Source of the DNA: a virus
Lineage: Duplodnaviria; Heunggongvirae; Uroviricota; Caudoviricetes
DNA length: 39,308 nt
Direction: 5' to 3' (one strand)
Virus record (IMG/VR): IMGVR_UViG_2703718775_000026
This document shows, piece after piece, positions 9,076 to 17,152 of this stretch (positions are counted from its first letter, which is position 1; each line of letters starts with the position of its first letter). A model generated the notes under the pieces. The model searched no databases, was not told the DNA's origin, and was given only the letters and a program-made list of their open reading frames with translations. Made by a program: the position numbers and the translations under genes.

Positions 9076-9440
9076 CGGGAGGTGAGTGCGTGAGAAGTTA
9101 TATTGATAATGAAAAACTGAAGACAATCAGCGACTGTCTTAGCTTGCTGGCAAAAATAAAAGAAACCATTGAAGAGATTAAATTTCAGCTTGAATACGAA
9201 CCCTGTGGCGATGATACATGGCGTAACTCTGCCAGAAAAGCACTGGCTGTCTTTCAGAAACAACGCCGGACTGTTGAATACCGCCTTGCTGTATTGCGCC
9301 AGGAGGAAAAGGAAAGAAATATAAGACGTCATGAACTCGTTAATGATTTTCTTGTTCGTGAATTAAAGGAGCGTGTGCCGGAGTCGGTATTTTTTGAGTG
9401 TGAGGCTGTTGCCCGTAGCAAAGCACTGGAAACTGATTAA
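9072..9440 (+). CDS. Hypothetical early protein
   Basis: ORF 9048-9440; the ATG at 9072 overlaps the upstream stop (ATGA) and is preceded by GGA; predicted coiled-coil rich in K/E. Confidence 0.4.
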   Translation: MTGGECVRSYIDNEKLKTISDCLSLLAKIKETIEEIKFQLEYEPCGDDTWRNSARKALAVFQKQRRTVEYRLAVLRQEEKERNIRRHELVNDFLVRELKERVPESVFFECEAVARSKALETD

Positions 9441-9452
9441 ACAGGCAGGTGA

Positions 9453-9788
9453 ATGATGAGTATTGAATTAAGATCGTCTTATGAATATCGTAAAATTCTC
9501 ATCGCCGGAGGCATGAAACCGGAAGATGCAGAAAAAATCGTTTCTTTTATGGATAAAGAATGTGACAAACGGGATATGCCAGAAATTATTATGGATGACA
9601 TGATTCTGCATTCAGCCGTAGCGTTAAGCCCGTTATGGATTGTGCATTCTCTTGCTGAAATTGCCAAAGGCACCGATAAACAGGCAGCTGTTGCTGCCCT
9701 TCAGACGCTTAATGAAATGCGTATATCTCCACGCCCGACATTAATACATATGATTCTGTCCAGCATGGAGGATAAAGCAAATGAATAG
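9453..9788 (+). CDS. Hypothetical early protein
   Basis: 111 aa; AGGTG RBS. Confidence 0.45.
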   Translation: MMSIELRSSYEYRKILIAGGMKPEDAEKIVSFMDKECDKRDMPEIIMDDMILHSAVALSPLWIVHSLAEIAKGTDKQAAVAALQTLNEMRISPRPTLIHMILSSMEDKANE

Positions 9789-9978
9789 TCTACCCGCTGG
9801 ATGGGCGCGGCCACTAATGGCCAGGAAGCATCATTTTTTTAAAACAGGCGAAAATATCAGTATATGTGGACGGTGGTTATATCTGGCTCATAATCGCGAG
9901 CCGGATACATTTGAAAGCCCTGATGACTGTGCCGAATGCCGCAGAAGAGTGAATAAGGAGAAAGATAATGGACAATAG
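9781..9978 (+). CDS. Hypothetical small Cys-containing protein
   Basis: 65 aa; start overlaps the upstream stop; contains C...CAEC. Confidence 0.4.
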   Translation: MNSLPAGWARPLMARKHHFFKTGENISICGRWLYLAHNREPDTFESPDDCAECRRRVNKEKDNGQ

Positions 9979-10264
9979 TTCTCTGTTGTTCTGGTGCTTA
10001 TATATCACATCCTTTTTCGGCGCATTTGTTATTACCCGGTGGTTATGTCGAAAAATCATCTGCTTTTTTGATAAAAGACATCCGGTTGAACGGGCGGCTG
10101 ATGCGCTCATTCAGCAGGCCATTGTGTTATATAGCGGTGAATTTTTCTGCCGGATAACAACCAGAGATGGCTGGCACATAATGATTATTCCACCAACACA
10201 CCATGCCCGGTGGGATGAGGCAGAAAAGGCTTTCCATGTCCGTAAAAAGGTAAATACGGTATGA
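9968..10264 (+). CDS. Hypothetical small membrane protein
   Basis: 98 aa; N-terminal hydrophobic segment LLFWCLYITSFFGAFVITRWL; overlapping start. Confidence 0.45.
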   Translation: MDNSSLLFWCLYITSFFGAFVITRWLCRKIICFFDKRHPVERAADALIQQAIVLYSGEFFCRITTRDGWHIMIIPPTHHARWDEAEKAFHVRKKVNTV

Positions 10265-10770
10265 GAGGAAAACTGATATCCGCCATTCATGTGGCAAAGC
10301 GCGAGCTTGCCCTGGATGATGAGACTTATACATCCGCGCTGCTGGCAGCCACCGGCAAAACCAGCTGCCGGGATATGTCACCGGATGAGTTATCCCGCGT
10401 GCTGGATGTTTTCAAAAAACGCGGTTTTAAAGTGCGTCAGAACCCGGTTAACCGGGCCTTAAAACCGGGTACGGTGACCGCCAAAATTCGCGCCATCTGG
10501 AAGGTGATGCACCGGCAGGGCTTTATCACCGATGGTGCGGAAACCGCCCTTAACCGCTGGGTGAAATCGCAGACGGCCGCGCAGAACGGCGGCGAAGGTG
10601 TGGCAAACTGGCAGTGGCTGGAGCAACACCCCGCCCTGGCCTCAGATGTGCTGGAGCGTCTCAAGCGATGGCACCGCCGCAAAATGCTGGCCGCGATGGG
10701 AATGCCCGAACGCACGCTGATGGGGTATGACGCCGTTTGCAGGCAGTATGAAAAATCACTTCCCCGTTAA
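10261..10770 (+). CDS. gemA: GemA-like protein (Mu gp16 family)
   Basis: 169 aa; N-terminus ...LISAIHVAKRELALDDETYTSALLAATGKTSCRDMSPDELSRVLDVFKKRGFK matches the remembered Mu gp16/GemA pattern; position just before Mor/C. Confidence 0.65.
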   Translation: MRGKLISAIHVAKRELALDDETYTSALLAATGKTSCRDMSPDELSRVLDVFKKRGFKVRQNPVNRALKPGTVTAKIRAIWKVMHRQGFITDGAETALNRWVKSQTAAQNGGEGVANWQWLEQHPALASDVLERLKRWHRRKMLAAMGMPERTLMGYDAVCRQYEKSLPR

Positions 10771-10774
10771 CTCC

Positions 10775-10806
10775 AAATCCCGCCACAACGCGGGATTTTT
10801 ATTTTA
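10775..10806 (+). terminator. Rho-independent terminator after gemA
   Basis: 9-bp stem AAATCCCGC / GCGGGATTT with 6-nt loop, followed by TTATTTTAAAC. Confidence 0.65.
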
Positions 10807-10839
10807 AACTTACCGGGAACGCGAGAACCGGAGGCTGAT

Positions 10840-11265
10840 ATGGCAGAAACTCAGATGAGCATGTTTGGTGGTGACAGTGAGCAACTGCACGCCCTTATCG
10901 ACCGCCTTGATGACATCCCTGATGATGTTCTCAAAAAGAACTGGCCGCGGACCCTGTCAGAACTGGTTGAAGTCACCGGCGCAGAACTTCAGCGTCAGGG
11001 GATTGAGCCGGTACTGGCCGGTAAACTGGCACGCAAGGTGGCTGCGGCTCAGGCAGCCTATATGGGCGGACGGGGTTATTACCTGCCGGTCGGGGAATCT
11101 CTCTTTGCCGAGCTGCGAAACAATGAGATATTTTCGCGCTGGGACCGGGGCGAGAAAATTGAATCCCTTCGCCGCCATTACCGGATGTCAGAAACCCAGA
11201 TTTATACCGTCATACGTGAACAGCGCCGTCTGCATCTGGCAAGAACGCAACCGCCACTTTTCTGA
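10840..11265 (+). CDS. Mor/C-family transcriptional activator (single copy)
   Basis: 141 aa; C-terminal region GGRGYYLPVGESLF...IFSRWD...YRMSETQIYTVIREQRR aligns with Mu Mor GGGQVYIPRGQAL...IWNDF...YGVTFNTVYKAIRRMRR; lies between gemA and lys. Confidence 0.7.
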   Translation: MAETQMSMFGGDSEQLHALIDRLDDIPDDVLKKNWPRTLSELVEVTGAELQRQGIEPVLAGKLARKVAAAQAAYMGGRGYYLPVGESLFAELRNNEIFSRWDRGEKIESLRRHYRMSETQIYTVIREQRRLHLARTQPPLF

Positions 11266-11336
11266 TATTCCGCAAAGCCTGCCGCCTTTCCTTCACCGTT
11301 ACGCTGACTCAGAGAACATCATGAGACAGCGTAACA

Positions 11337-11837
11337 ATGCCAAAACTCCCCGCACCACTGCGTAAAAAGCTGATTGCCCTTGTTCTGGCCGGTGCCGGGA
11401 CGTTCACGATTGCCACGCATTACACCGGTTACTGGGAAGGGAAAGAAAACTCCACGTATATCGATCCCACCGGTACACCCACCATCTGTTACGGCCATAC
11501 CGGCCCGGATGTGAAACCGGGTATGACCCTGACGGATGAAGAATGCCTGGAACTACTGGAAAAGGACATGAAATGGGCCTTTGCGGCCATTGATCGGCGT
11601 GTTCAGGTGCCGCTTACCCGTGGTCAGACTGTGGCGCTGGCTTCGTGGATCTTCTGGGCCGGTGAAACGAACTTCCGCAACTCCACGCTTCTGCGCCTGA
11701 TCAATGCCGGGCAGATGCCCGCGTCCTGTAAGCAGTATATCCGCTGGATTTATTCAAAGGGGGTGAAACTCCCCGGCCTTGAGGCCCGCCGTTCGGCGGA
11801 TGAATGGTTATGTCGCTACGACTTGCCGAACGTCTGA
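11337..11837 (+). CDS. lys: Phage lysozyme (T4-type endolysin), probable SAR endolysin
   Basis: 166 aa; catalytic-region motif E..ENSTYIDPTGTPTICYGHTG; N-terminal weakly hydrophobic Gly/Ala-rich segment KKLIALVLAGAGTFTIATHY. Confidence 0.75.
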   Translation: MPKLPAPLRKKLIALVLAGAGTFTIATHYTGYWEGKENSTYIDPTGTPTICYGHTGPDVKPGMTLTDEECLELLEKDMKWAFAAIDRRVQVPLTRGQTVALASWIFWAGETNFRNSTLLRLINAGQMPASCKQYIRWIYSKGVKLPGLEARRSADEWLCRYDLPNV

Positions 11838-11910
11838 ACCGCTTCTGGCGACCGCTCATGATAGCGCTGCTGTGTGCGGTACTGCTGTTACGGGGTGTCC
11901 TGTGGCTGCG

Positions 11911-12300
11911 GTGAATAATGCCTTACCGGCCCTGATTGCCGGGGCGTGCATGGCGGCGCTGGGGATTATCGCTGTACTGGTTGCCGCGATATGGGGAATG
12001 CACCAGAAGACGCAGCGCCTTGAAGACAATAATCAGGTGCTTGTGCGTGAGCGGGATGAGGCGCGTCAGGTGCTGGCAAATCAGCAGCACACCCTGCAAC
12101 TCATTTCACAAATCAGTGAGGCGGCCACGAATGAAAAACAACAGAACATTCAGCACAGCGAGGGACAGCAGAGCGTTGTCCGCCGGTCGCTGGCAGCGGT
12201 GCCTGCGGCCTCTGCCCCTGTTCCTGATGATGTGGCTGATCGGGTGCGCCGGGCCGTCTGTGAAATACGTGCCTGTGAAGCCGGTGCCGATCCCCGCTGA
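11911..12300 (+). CDS. Rz-like i-spanin (start uncertain)
   Basis: N-terminal TM LPALIAGACMAALGIIAVLVAAIW followed by a charged coiled-coil; candidate starts are GTG 11911 and ATG 11950, or upstream within ORF 11779-12300. Confidence 0.5.
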   Translation: MNNALPALIAGACMAALGIIAVLVAAIWGMHQKTQRLEDNNQVLVRERDEARQVLANQQHTLQLISQISEAATNEKQQNIQHSEGQQSVVRRSLAAVPAASAPVPDDVADRVRRAVCEIRACEAGADPR

Positions 12301-12502
12301 ATGGCTGGCTGACTGCCTGGTCCCTCCTGTGCCGGAGCCGTTCACGTTTGGGGCATCGGTCACTTACAACCTGCAACTGCTGGCGGTGATCAAGAACTGC
12401 AACGTGGACAAGGCCAGTATTCGTCGTCTGGAGGCGCGGCGACAACATGAATTTACTGATATGGCCGGAACGCCTGCTGTTCCGGCAGGAAAGACGAAGT
12501 AA
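12131..12502 (+). CDS. Rz1-like o-spanin lipoprotein, +1 frame overlapping the i-spanin
   Basis: Lipobox LIGC followed by a proline-rich mature region (CAGPSVKYVPVKPVPIPAEW...). Frame is +1 relative to the i-spanin and extends past its stop. The start could be ATG 12131 or TTG about 12176. Confidence 0.5.
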   Translation: MKNNRTFSTARDSRALSAGRWQRCLRPLPLFLMMWLIGCAGPSVKYVPVKPVPIPAEWLADCLVPPVPEPFTFGASVTYNLQLLAVIKNCNVDKASIRRLEARRQHEFTDMAGTPAVPAGKTK

Positions 12503-12512
12503 GGAAAAAGGT

Positions 12513-12740
12513 ATGGATGATTCAGATCGTGCTCAGGCTGTGATGGAGCGGGGATCAGAACGCGCCCTTTGTAACCGGCTGACACGTAAGCGCCGGGCAA
12601 TGGATGCTCCGGGCAGACGTGTCTGCGCGGACTGTGGCGGAGAGATCCCCGCCGCACGTCTTGTTGCTGTGCCGGATGCCATCCGTTGTGTGAACTGCCA
12701 GAACATCATGGAGGCCCGTCATGTGGGTCAGCATCGTTAA
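12513..12740 (+). CDS. TraR/DksA-family C4 zinc-finger protein
   Basis: ATG at 12513 with AGGAAAAAGG RBS inside ORF 12447-12740; CADCGGEIPAARLVAVPDAIRCVNC fits C-x2-C-x17-C-x2-C. Confidence 0.6.
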   Translation: MDDSDRAQAVMERGSERALCNRLTRKRRAMDAPGRRVCADCGGEIPAARLVAVPDAIRCVNCQNIMEARHVGQHR

Positions 12741-13032
12741 AGATTATGTTGTGCCGATCCTTTCGGCGACGGCAACCGCTGGCGGGATATTCATGGCGCT
12801 GATGCGCAAAACGTTTGTCCCCCGCGAGGCCTTTGAAAAACTCTCCGACCGCGTTGAGAAGGTGGAAACCCGCCTGTCGTCACTGCCGACAGAAGCTGAG
12901 GTCAACCGTCTGAATGTGGAAATCGTGACCCTGCGGGGTGAACTGAAAACCACGAACGCCACGCTCCGCTCTGTCTCCTATCAGAACGAACTGCTGCTGG
13001 AGCAGGCGGTAAGGAAAAAAACGAATGAGTGA
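12721..13032 (+). CDS. Small membrane protein with periplasmic coiled-coil (releasin-like position in lysis cluster)
   Basis: 103 aa; N-terminal TM VVPILSATATAGGIFMALM followed by a coiled-coil. Confidence 0.45.
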   Translation: MWVSIVKDYVVPILSATATAGGIFMALMRKTFVPREAFEKLSDRVEKVETRLSSLPTEAEVNRLNVEIVTLRGELKTTNATLRSVSYQNELLLEQAVRKKTNE

Positions 13033-13315
13033 TTTCATTACTGAAGATCAGCGTCTGGTCATTCTGCGGTCGCTGGCAGATTACAACGGTGAACTGGGTG
13101 AATCCGTGCTCCAGGACTGTCTGGATGATTACGGCCACCGCGTGTCCCGCGACACCGTTCACACCCACATTGCCTGGCTTGCCGAGCAGGGACTGGTGCG
13201 CAAACGCGTTCTGATTAACGGTTATTTCATCGCGGAACTGACCGGCCGGGGGCAGGATGTGGCGGAAGGCCGCGCCAGCGTTCCGGGTGTGAAGAAACCA
13301 CGCGCAAGGGGGTAA
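13025..13315 (+). CDS. Hypothetical protein (Mu gp26-position)
   Basis: 96 aa; overlapping start; precedes the gp27-like gene. Confidence 0.45.
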   Translation: MSDFITEDQRLVILRSLADYNGELGESVLQDCLDDYGHRVSRDTVHTHIAWLAEQGLVRKRVLINGYFIAELTGRGQDVAEGRASVPGVKKPRARG

Positions 13316-13317
13316 CG

Positions 13318-13899
13318 ATGGACAAGCCGACGCGTGGACGCGTGCGCAAGGTGGATTTGCTCCCCGACAGCATCCGTAAGCCACTGCTGGAAATGCTGCG
13401 TGAAAAACGTCTGACGCAGGTCCAGATACGCGAGGAAATCAACCGTCTGATCCGTGAGGCGGGCCTGCCGGAAGAGCAGCAGCTTTCACCGGCGGCCATC
13501 AGCCGGGAAGCCTCCCGTAATGAGCTGATTGCCCGTAACCTGCGTGATTTACGCGAGCAGACAAAAGCCATGATGGCCGAACTGGGGGACAAGCCAACCG
13601 GTGAAACCACTGCATTGATCCTGGAGATGTCCCGCGCCCTGATGTACCGCCGTCTGCGTGCCGCGACCGAATCCCTGAACAGTGACAGCGACGTGGATAT
13701 GCGTCTTATTAAGGACATCCTCCTGTCAGCACAGCGTGCGGAAAGTGCCGCCGAGCGCAGCATTAAGCGTGAAAAAGAAATCAGGGCTGCATTTGCTGAA
13801 GAGATGGCAAACGCCGTCACCGACGAGCTGCGCGGCGTGGACGGGATGAGTGAACAGCTTGAGTCCCGTATTAAGGGGATTCTGTTGGGTAAAGTCTGA
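13318..13899 (+). CDS. Mu gp27-like protein (putative terminase small subunit / DNA-binding)
   Basis: 193 aa; directly precedes the large terminase with a TGATG overlap. Confidence 0.55.
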   Translation: MDKPTRGRVRKVDLLPDSIRKPLLEMLREKRLTQVQIREEINRLIREAGLPEEQQLSPAAISREASRNELIARNLRDLREQTKAMMAELGDKPTGETTALILEMSRALMYRRLRAATESLNSDSDVDMRLIKDILLSAQRAESAAERSIKREKEIRAAFAEEMANAVTDELRGVDGMSEQLESRIKGILLGKV

Positions 13900-15563
13900 T
13901 GAATAACGCCGAAGAACTCTCCCCCTTACTGACGAATACCGTCTCCACCCGCAAAATTGATCTGGCCGGTGAAAAAGCCCTGCTGGGCGTGGATGTGCCG
14001 GACAGCCTTGATTTGCCCGGTGATATGCCGGTATTTCTGGATTATCAGGCCCGCTGGTTTGAGGATGAAAGCGAGGTCTGCATCGCGGAAAAATCCCGCC
14101 GCACCGGGCTTACCTGGGCGGAAGCCGGGCGTAACGTCATTACCGCTGCAAAACCGAAGCGGCGCGGTGGCCGCAATGTGTTTTATGTGGGGTCAAAGCA
14201 GGAGATGGCGCTGGAATATATTTCTGCCTGTGCACTGTTCTCCCGTGCCTTTAACCAGCTGGCAGATGCTGATGTGTATGAGCAGACCTTCTGGGATCGG
14301 GATAAAAAAGAAGAAATTCTGACCTACATGATCCGCTTTCCGAACAGTGGATTCAAAATTCAGGCACTGTCTTCCCGTCCGTCAAACCTGCGCGGCCTTC
14401 AGGGGGATGTGGTGATTGATGAAGCCGCGTTCCACGAGTCACTGGATGAGCTTCTCAAGGCGGCAATGGCGCTTACCATGTGGGGCGCGCGCGTGCGTAT
14501 TATCTCCACGCATAACGGCGTCGATAATCTGTTTAATCAGTACATTCAGGAAGCCCGCGAAGGGCGCAAGGATTACAGCGTCCACCGCATTACCCTGGAT
14601 GATGCCATTGCGGACGGGCTGTACCGTCGTATCTGTTATGTCACCGGCCGCGAATGGTCACCGGAAAGCGAGCAGAAGTGGCGTGATGATCTCTACAAAA
14701 ACGCCCCGACCCGTGAGGATGCCGACGAGGAATACGGCTGTATCCCGAAAAAATCCGGCGGTGCCTATATTCCTCACGCGCTTATTGAAATGGCGATGAT
14801 CCGCGACATCCCGATTCTGACGTTTGAAGCCCCGGACGACTTCATCAGCCGTGCCGCATGGCTGCGTGAATCGGAGGTTTTAACCTGGTGTGAAGAACAT
14901 TTAAAACCGCTTTTAGAGGCGTTAAATCCCCGTTCCCGATTCAGCTTCGGGGAAGACTTTGCCCGCACCGGAGACCTGTCCTGTTTTGTGCTGCTGGAAA
15001 TCACTGAATCCCTGGCAAAACGCGAGGTGTTTCGCGTGGAGCTGCGCAACCTGCCGTATGCCCAGCAGGAGCAGGTGATGATGTACATCCTGACCCGCGT
15101 TCCGGCGCTGGTCGGTGCGGCGTTCGACGCCACCGGTAACGGCGGCTATCTGGCCGAAGCCGCGCTGCTGGCCTTTGGCCCGGACATCATCGACTGCGTG
15201 ATGTTATCGCCGAAGTGGTACGGCGAGTGGATGCCAAAACTGAAGGCCGAGTTTGAGGATCAGAATATCCTCGTCGCCCGCCATCAGACCACGCTTGATG
15301 ATTTGCGCCATGTGAAGGTGGTGAACGGTATCCCGCAAATCGACAAGGGGCGTACGAAGGACCAGAACGCAACGGCTGTGAACGCCCGCCGCCATGGTGA
15401 TTTTGCCGTGGCGCTCTGTATGGCAAACCGGGCGTCATACATGGAGGGCTTTATCCTGGATGAATCAGCCTGCCAGGCGCTGCCGGAGCGGTCGCGGGCC
15501 ATGGAGGGCGGTTATCGTGATGACGATGAGGCATATCATGAATTTGATCGGGGGTGCTGGTAG
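13899..15563 (+). CDS. Terminase large subunit (Mu gp28-like)
   Basis: 554 aa; position and size; conserved acidic nuclease-like region. Confidence 0.7.
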   Translation: MNNAEELSPLLTNTVSTRKIDLAGEKALLGVDVPDSLDLPGDMPVFLDYQARWFEDESEVCIAEKSRRTGLTWAEAGRNVITAAKPKRRGGRNVFYVGSKQEMALEYISACALFSRAFNQLADADVYEQTFWDRDKKEEILTYMIRFPNSGFKIQALSSRPSNLRGLQGDVVIDEAAFHESLDELLKAAMALTMWGARVRIISTHNGVDNLFNQYIQEAREGRKDYSVHRITLDDAIADGLYRRICYVTGREWSPESEQKWRDDLYKNAPTREDADEEYGCIPKKSGGAYIPHALIEMAMIRDIPILTFEAPDDFISRAAWLRESEVLTWCEEHLKPLLEALNPRSRFSFGEDFARTGDLSCFVLLEITESLAKREVFRVELRNLPYAQQEQVMMYILTRVPALVGAAFDATGNGGYLAEAALLAFGPDIIDCVMLSPKWYGEWMPKLKAEFEDQNILVARHQTTLDDLRHVKVVNGIPQIDKGRTKDQNATAVNARRHGDFAVALCMANRASYMEGFILDESACQALPERSRAMEGGYRDDDEAYHEFDRGCW

Positions 15564-17152
15564 TGGGACGTATAATTGATCTTGACGGAAAACCTTTCTC
15601 CTTTGACCCGGAGATGCAGAGCGCCGCGCTGGATATTCCGCAGATTGCCAGCCGTTATATTGAACATCCGGCCTCGGGTATCACCCCGAACCGGGCGGCA
15701 CAGTGCCTTCGCGGGGCTGAACGTGGCGATCTGATTGCCCAGTCCGATCTGGCCGCTGACATTGAAGAAAAGGATACCCACCTTTTTGCAGAGCTGGGCA
15801 AGCGACGCCTTGCCATTCAGGGGGTGCCCTGGAGTATTGAGCCGCCACCGAACGCCAGCGCGAATGAGAAAAAGGACGCGGAAATGCTCGACGAATATCT
15901 GCATTCCGCCGACTGGTTTGATGCCATGCTGTTTGATGCCACCGATGCCATCCTGAAAGGCTATTCCTGCATGGAGATTGAGCACGGGATGCTCGGTAAA
16001 ATGCACATCATCCGCGCCATCCGCTGGCGTGACAGCGGGCATTTCTGCCTTAACCCGGATGATTTGAGCGAACTGCGGCTGCGTGACGGCAGCCATGCCG
16101 GGGTGGCGTTTCAGCCCTTTGGCTGGATAGTGCATCAGTCACGTTCACGCACCGGTTACGGCGGCGCAACGGGGCTTGTCAGGACGCTTATCTGGCCGTT
16201 CATTTTCAAAAACTATTCCGTGCGCGATCTGGCTGAATTTCTGGAGGTGTACGGCCTGCCGATGAAGGTCGGTAAATACCCGTCCGGGGCAACGCCGGAG
16301 CAGAAAAGCGCCCTGATGCGGGCGGTGATGGATATCGGGCGACGTACAGGCGGGATCATCCCGGCCGGGATGTCGCTGGAGTTTCAGGCGGCAGCGAACG
16401 GTCAGGCCGATCCGTTTGAAACCATGATTTCGTGGGGGGAGCGTTCCATCTCCAAAGCTATCCTCGGCGGCACGCTGACCACGGAAGCCGGAGACAAGGG
16501 CGCACGTTCGCTGGGTGAAGTGCATAACGAGGTGCGCCGGGAAATCAGGGATTCTGATTTACGTCAGCTGGCCGCCACGCTGAACCGCGATCTGGTGTAT
16601 CCGCTGTATGCCCTGAACACCGCCCACGCCATTGATATCCGTCGCCTGCCGCGTATCTGTTTCCAGACAAAAGAGCCGGGGGATATCACCAAAATCACCA
16701 GTGCGGTGATGCAGCTCAGTACGGGGATGGATATTCCTGATCCCTGGGTACGGGAGCAGACCGGTATTCCACAGCCTGCCCCCGGTGAAGCCATCTTCCG
16801 TGTCCGTCAGAGTGGCAATGAACCTGCTCAGACAGACAAAGAGATGCCACCGGAAAAACAGGAAAAGACAGAGCAGACAGCGCTGGCTGCCAGACTGCCG
16901 GAAGCGAAGAGCAGCCCCCGAGATGAACTGGACGACATGGGGGATGCGGTGCCTGCCCGCCGGTTACAGGAGGCCATCGACCCGGTACTGGAGCCGGTCA
17001 TTGAAGCCATCAGAACGCGGGGGCTGGCGGAGGCACTGGCAGACCTGCCTGCCCTTTACCGTGAAATGGATGATTCCCGCCTGATGACGCTGCTCAGTGA
17101 TGCCATGTTTGCTGCGGAAATGAAGGGGATGCTGGATGGCACAGGGGATTGA
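15554..17152 (+). CDS. Portal protein (Mu gp29-like)
   Basis: 532 aa; follows the terminase; acidic C-terminal region. Confidence 0.7.
   Translation: MLVVGRIIDLDGKPFSFDPEMQSAALDIPQIASRYIEHPASGITPNRAAQCLRGAERGDLIAQSDLAADIEEKDTHLFAELGKRRLAIQGVPWSIEPPPNASANEKKDAEMLDEYLHSADWFDAMLFDATDAILKGYSCMEIEHGMLGKMHIIRAIRWRDSGHFCLNPDDLSELRLRDGSHAGVAFQPFGWIVHQSRSRTGYGGATGLVRTLIWPFIFKNYSVRDLAEFLEVYGLPMKVGKYPSGATPEQKSALMRAVMDIGRRTGGIIPAGMSLEFQAAANGQADPFETMISWGERSISKAILGGTLTTEAGDKGARSLGEVHNEVRREIRDSDLRQLAATLNRDLVYPLYALNTAHAIDIRRLPRICFQTKEPGDITKITSAVMQLSTGMDIPDPWVREQTGIPQPAPGEAIFRVRQSGNEPAQTDKEMPPEKQEKTEQTALAARLPEAKSSPRDELDDMGDAVPARRLQEAIDPVLEPVIEAIRTRGLAEALADLPALYREMDDSRLMTLLSDAMFAAEMKGMLDGTGD

Noticed and set aside
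4634-10264. Toxin-antitoxin or known anti-phage defence system in the early region
   Set aside because: The small ORFs lack recognisable nuclease, ATPase or toxin motifs by eye, and their tight translational coupling with Mu early genes suggests phage early functions. Left as an open question, not called.
10865-11365. 166-aa plus-strand ORF overlapping the Mor/C gene in another frame
   Set aside because: The alternative frame (10840-11265) yields a clear Mor/C-family protein; this frame gives a Cys/Arg-rich product with no homology signal.
13227-13820. 197-aa minus-strand ORF (Arg/Ser-rich) antisense to the gp27-like gene
   Set aside because: Highly biased Arg/Ser composition and full overlap with the plus-strand gene.
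15536-16135. 199-aa minus-strand ORF antisense to the portal gene
   Set aside because: Embedded in the portal coding region on the opposite strand with no supporting signals; most likely a GC-rich artefact.
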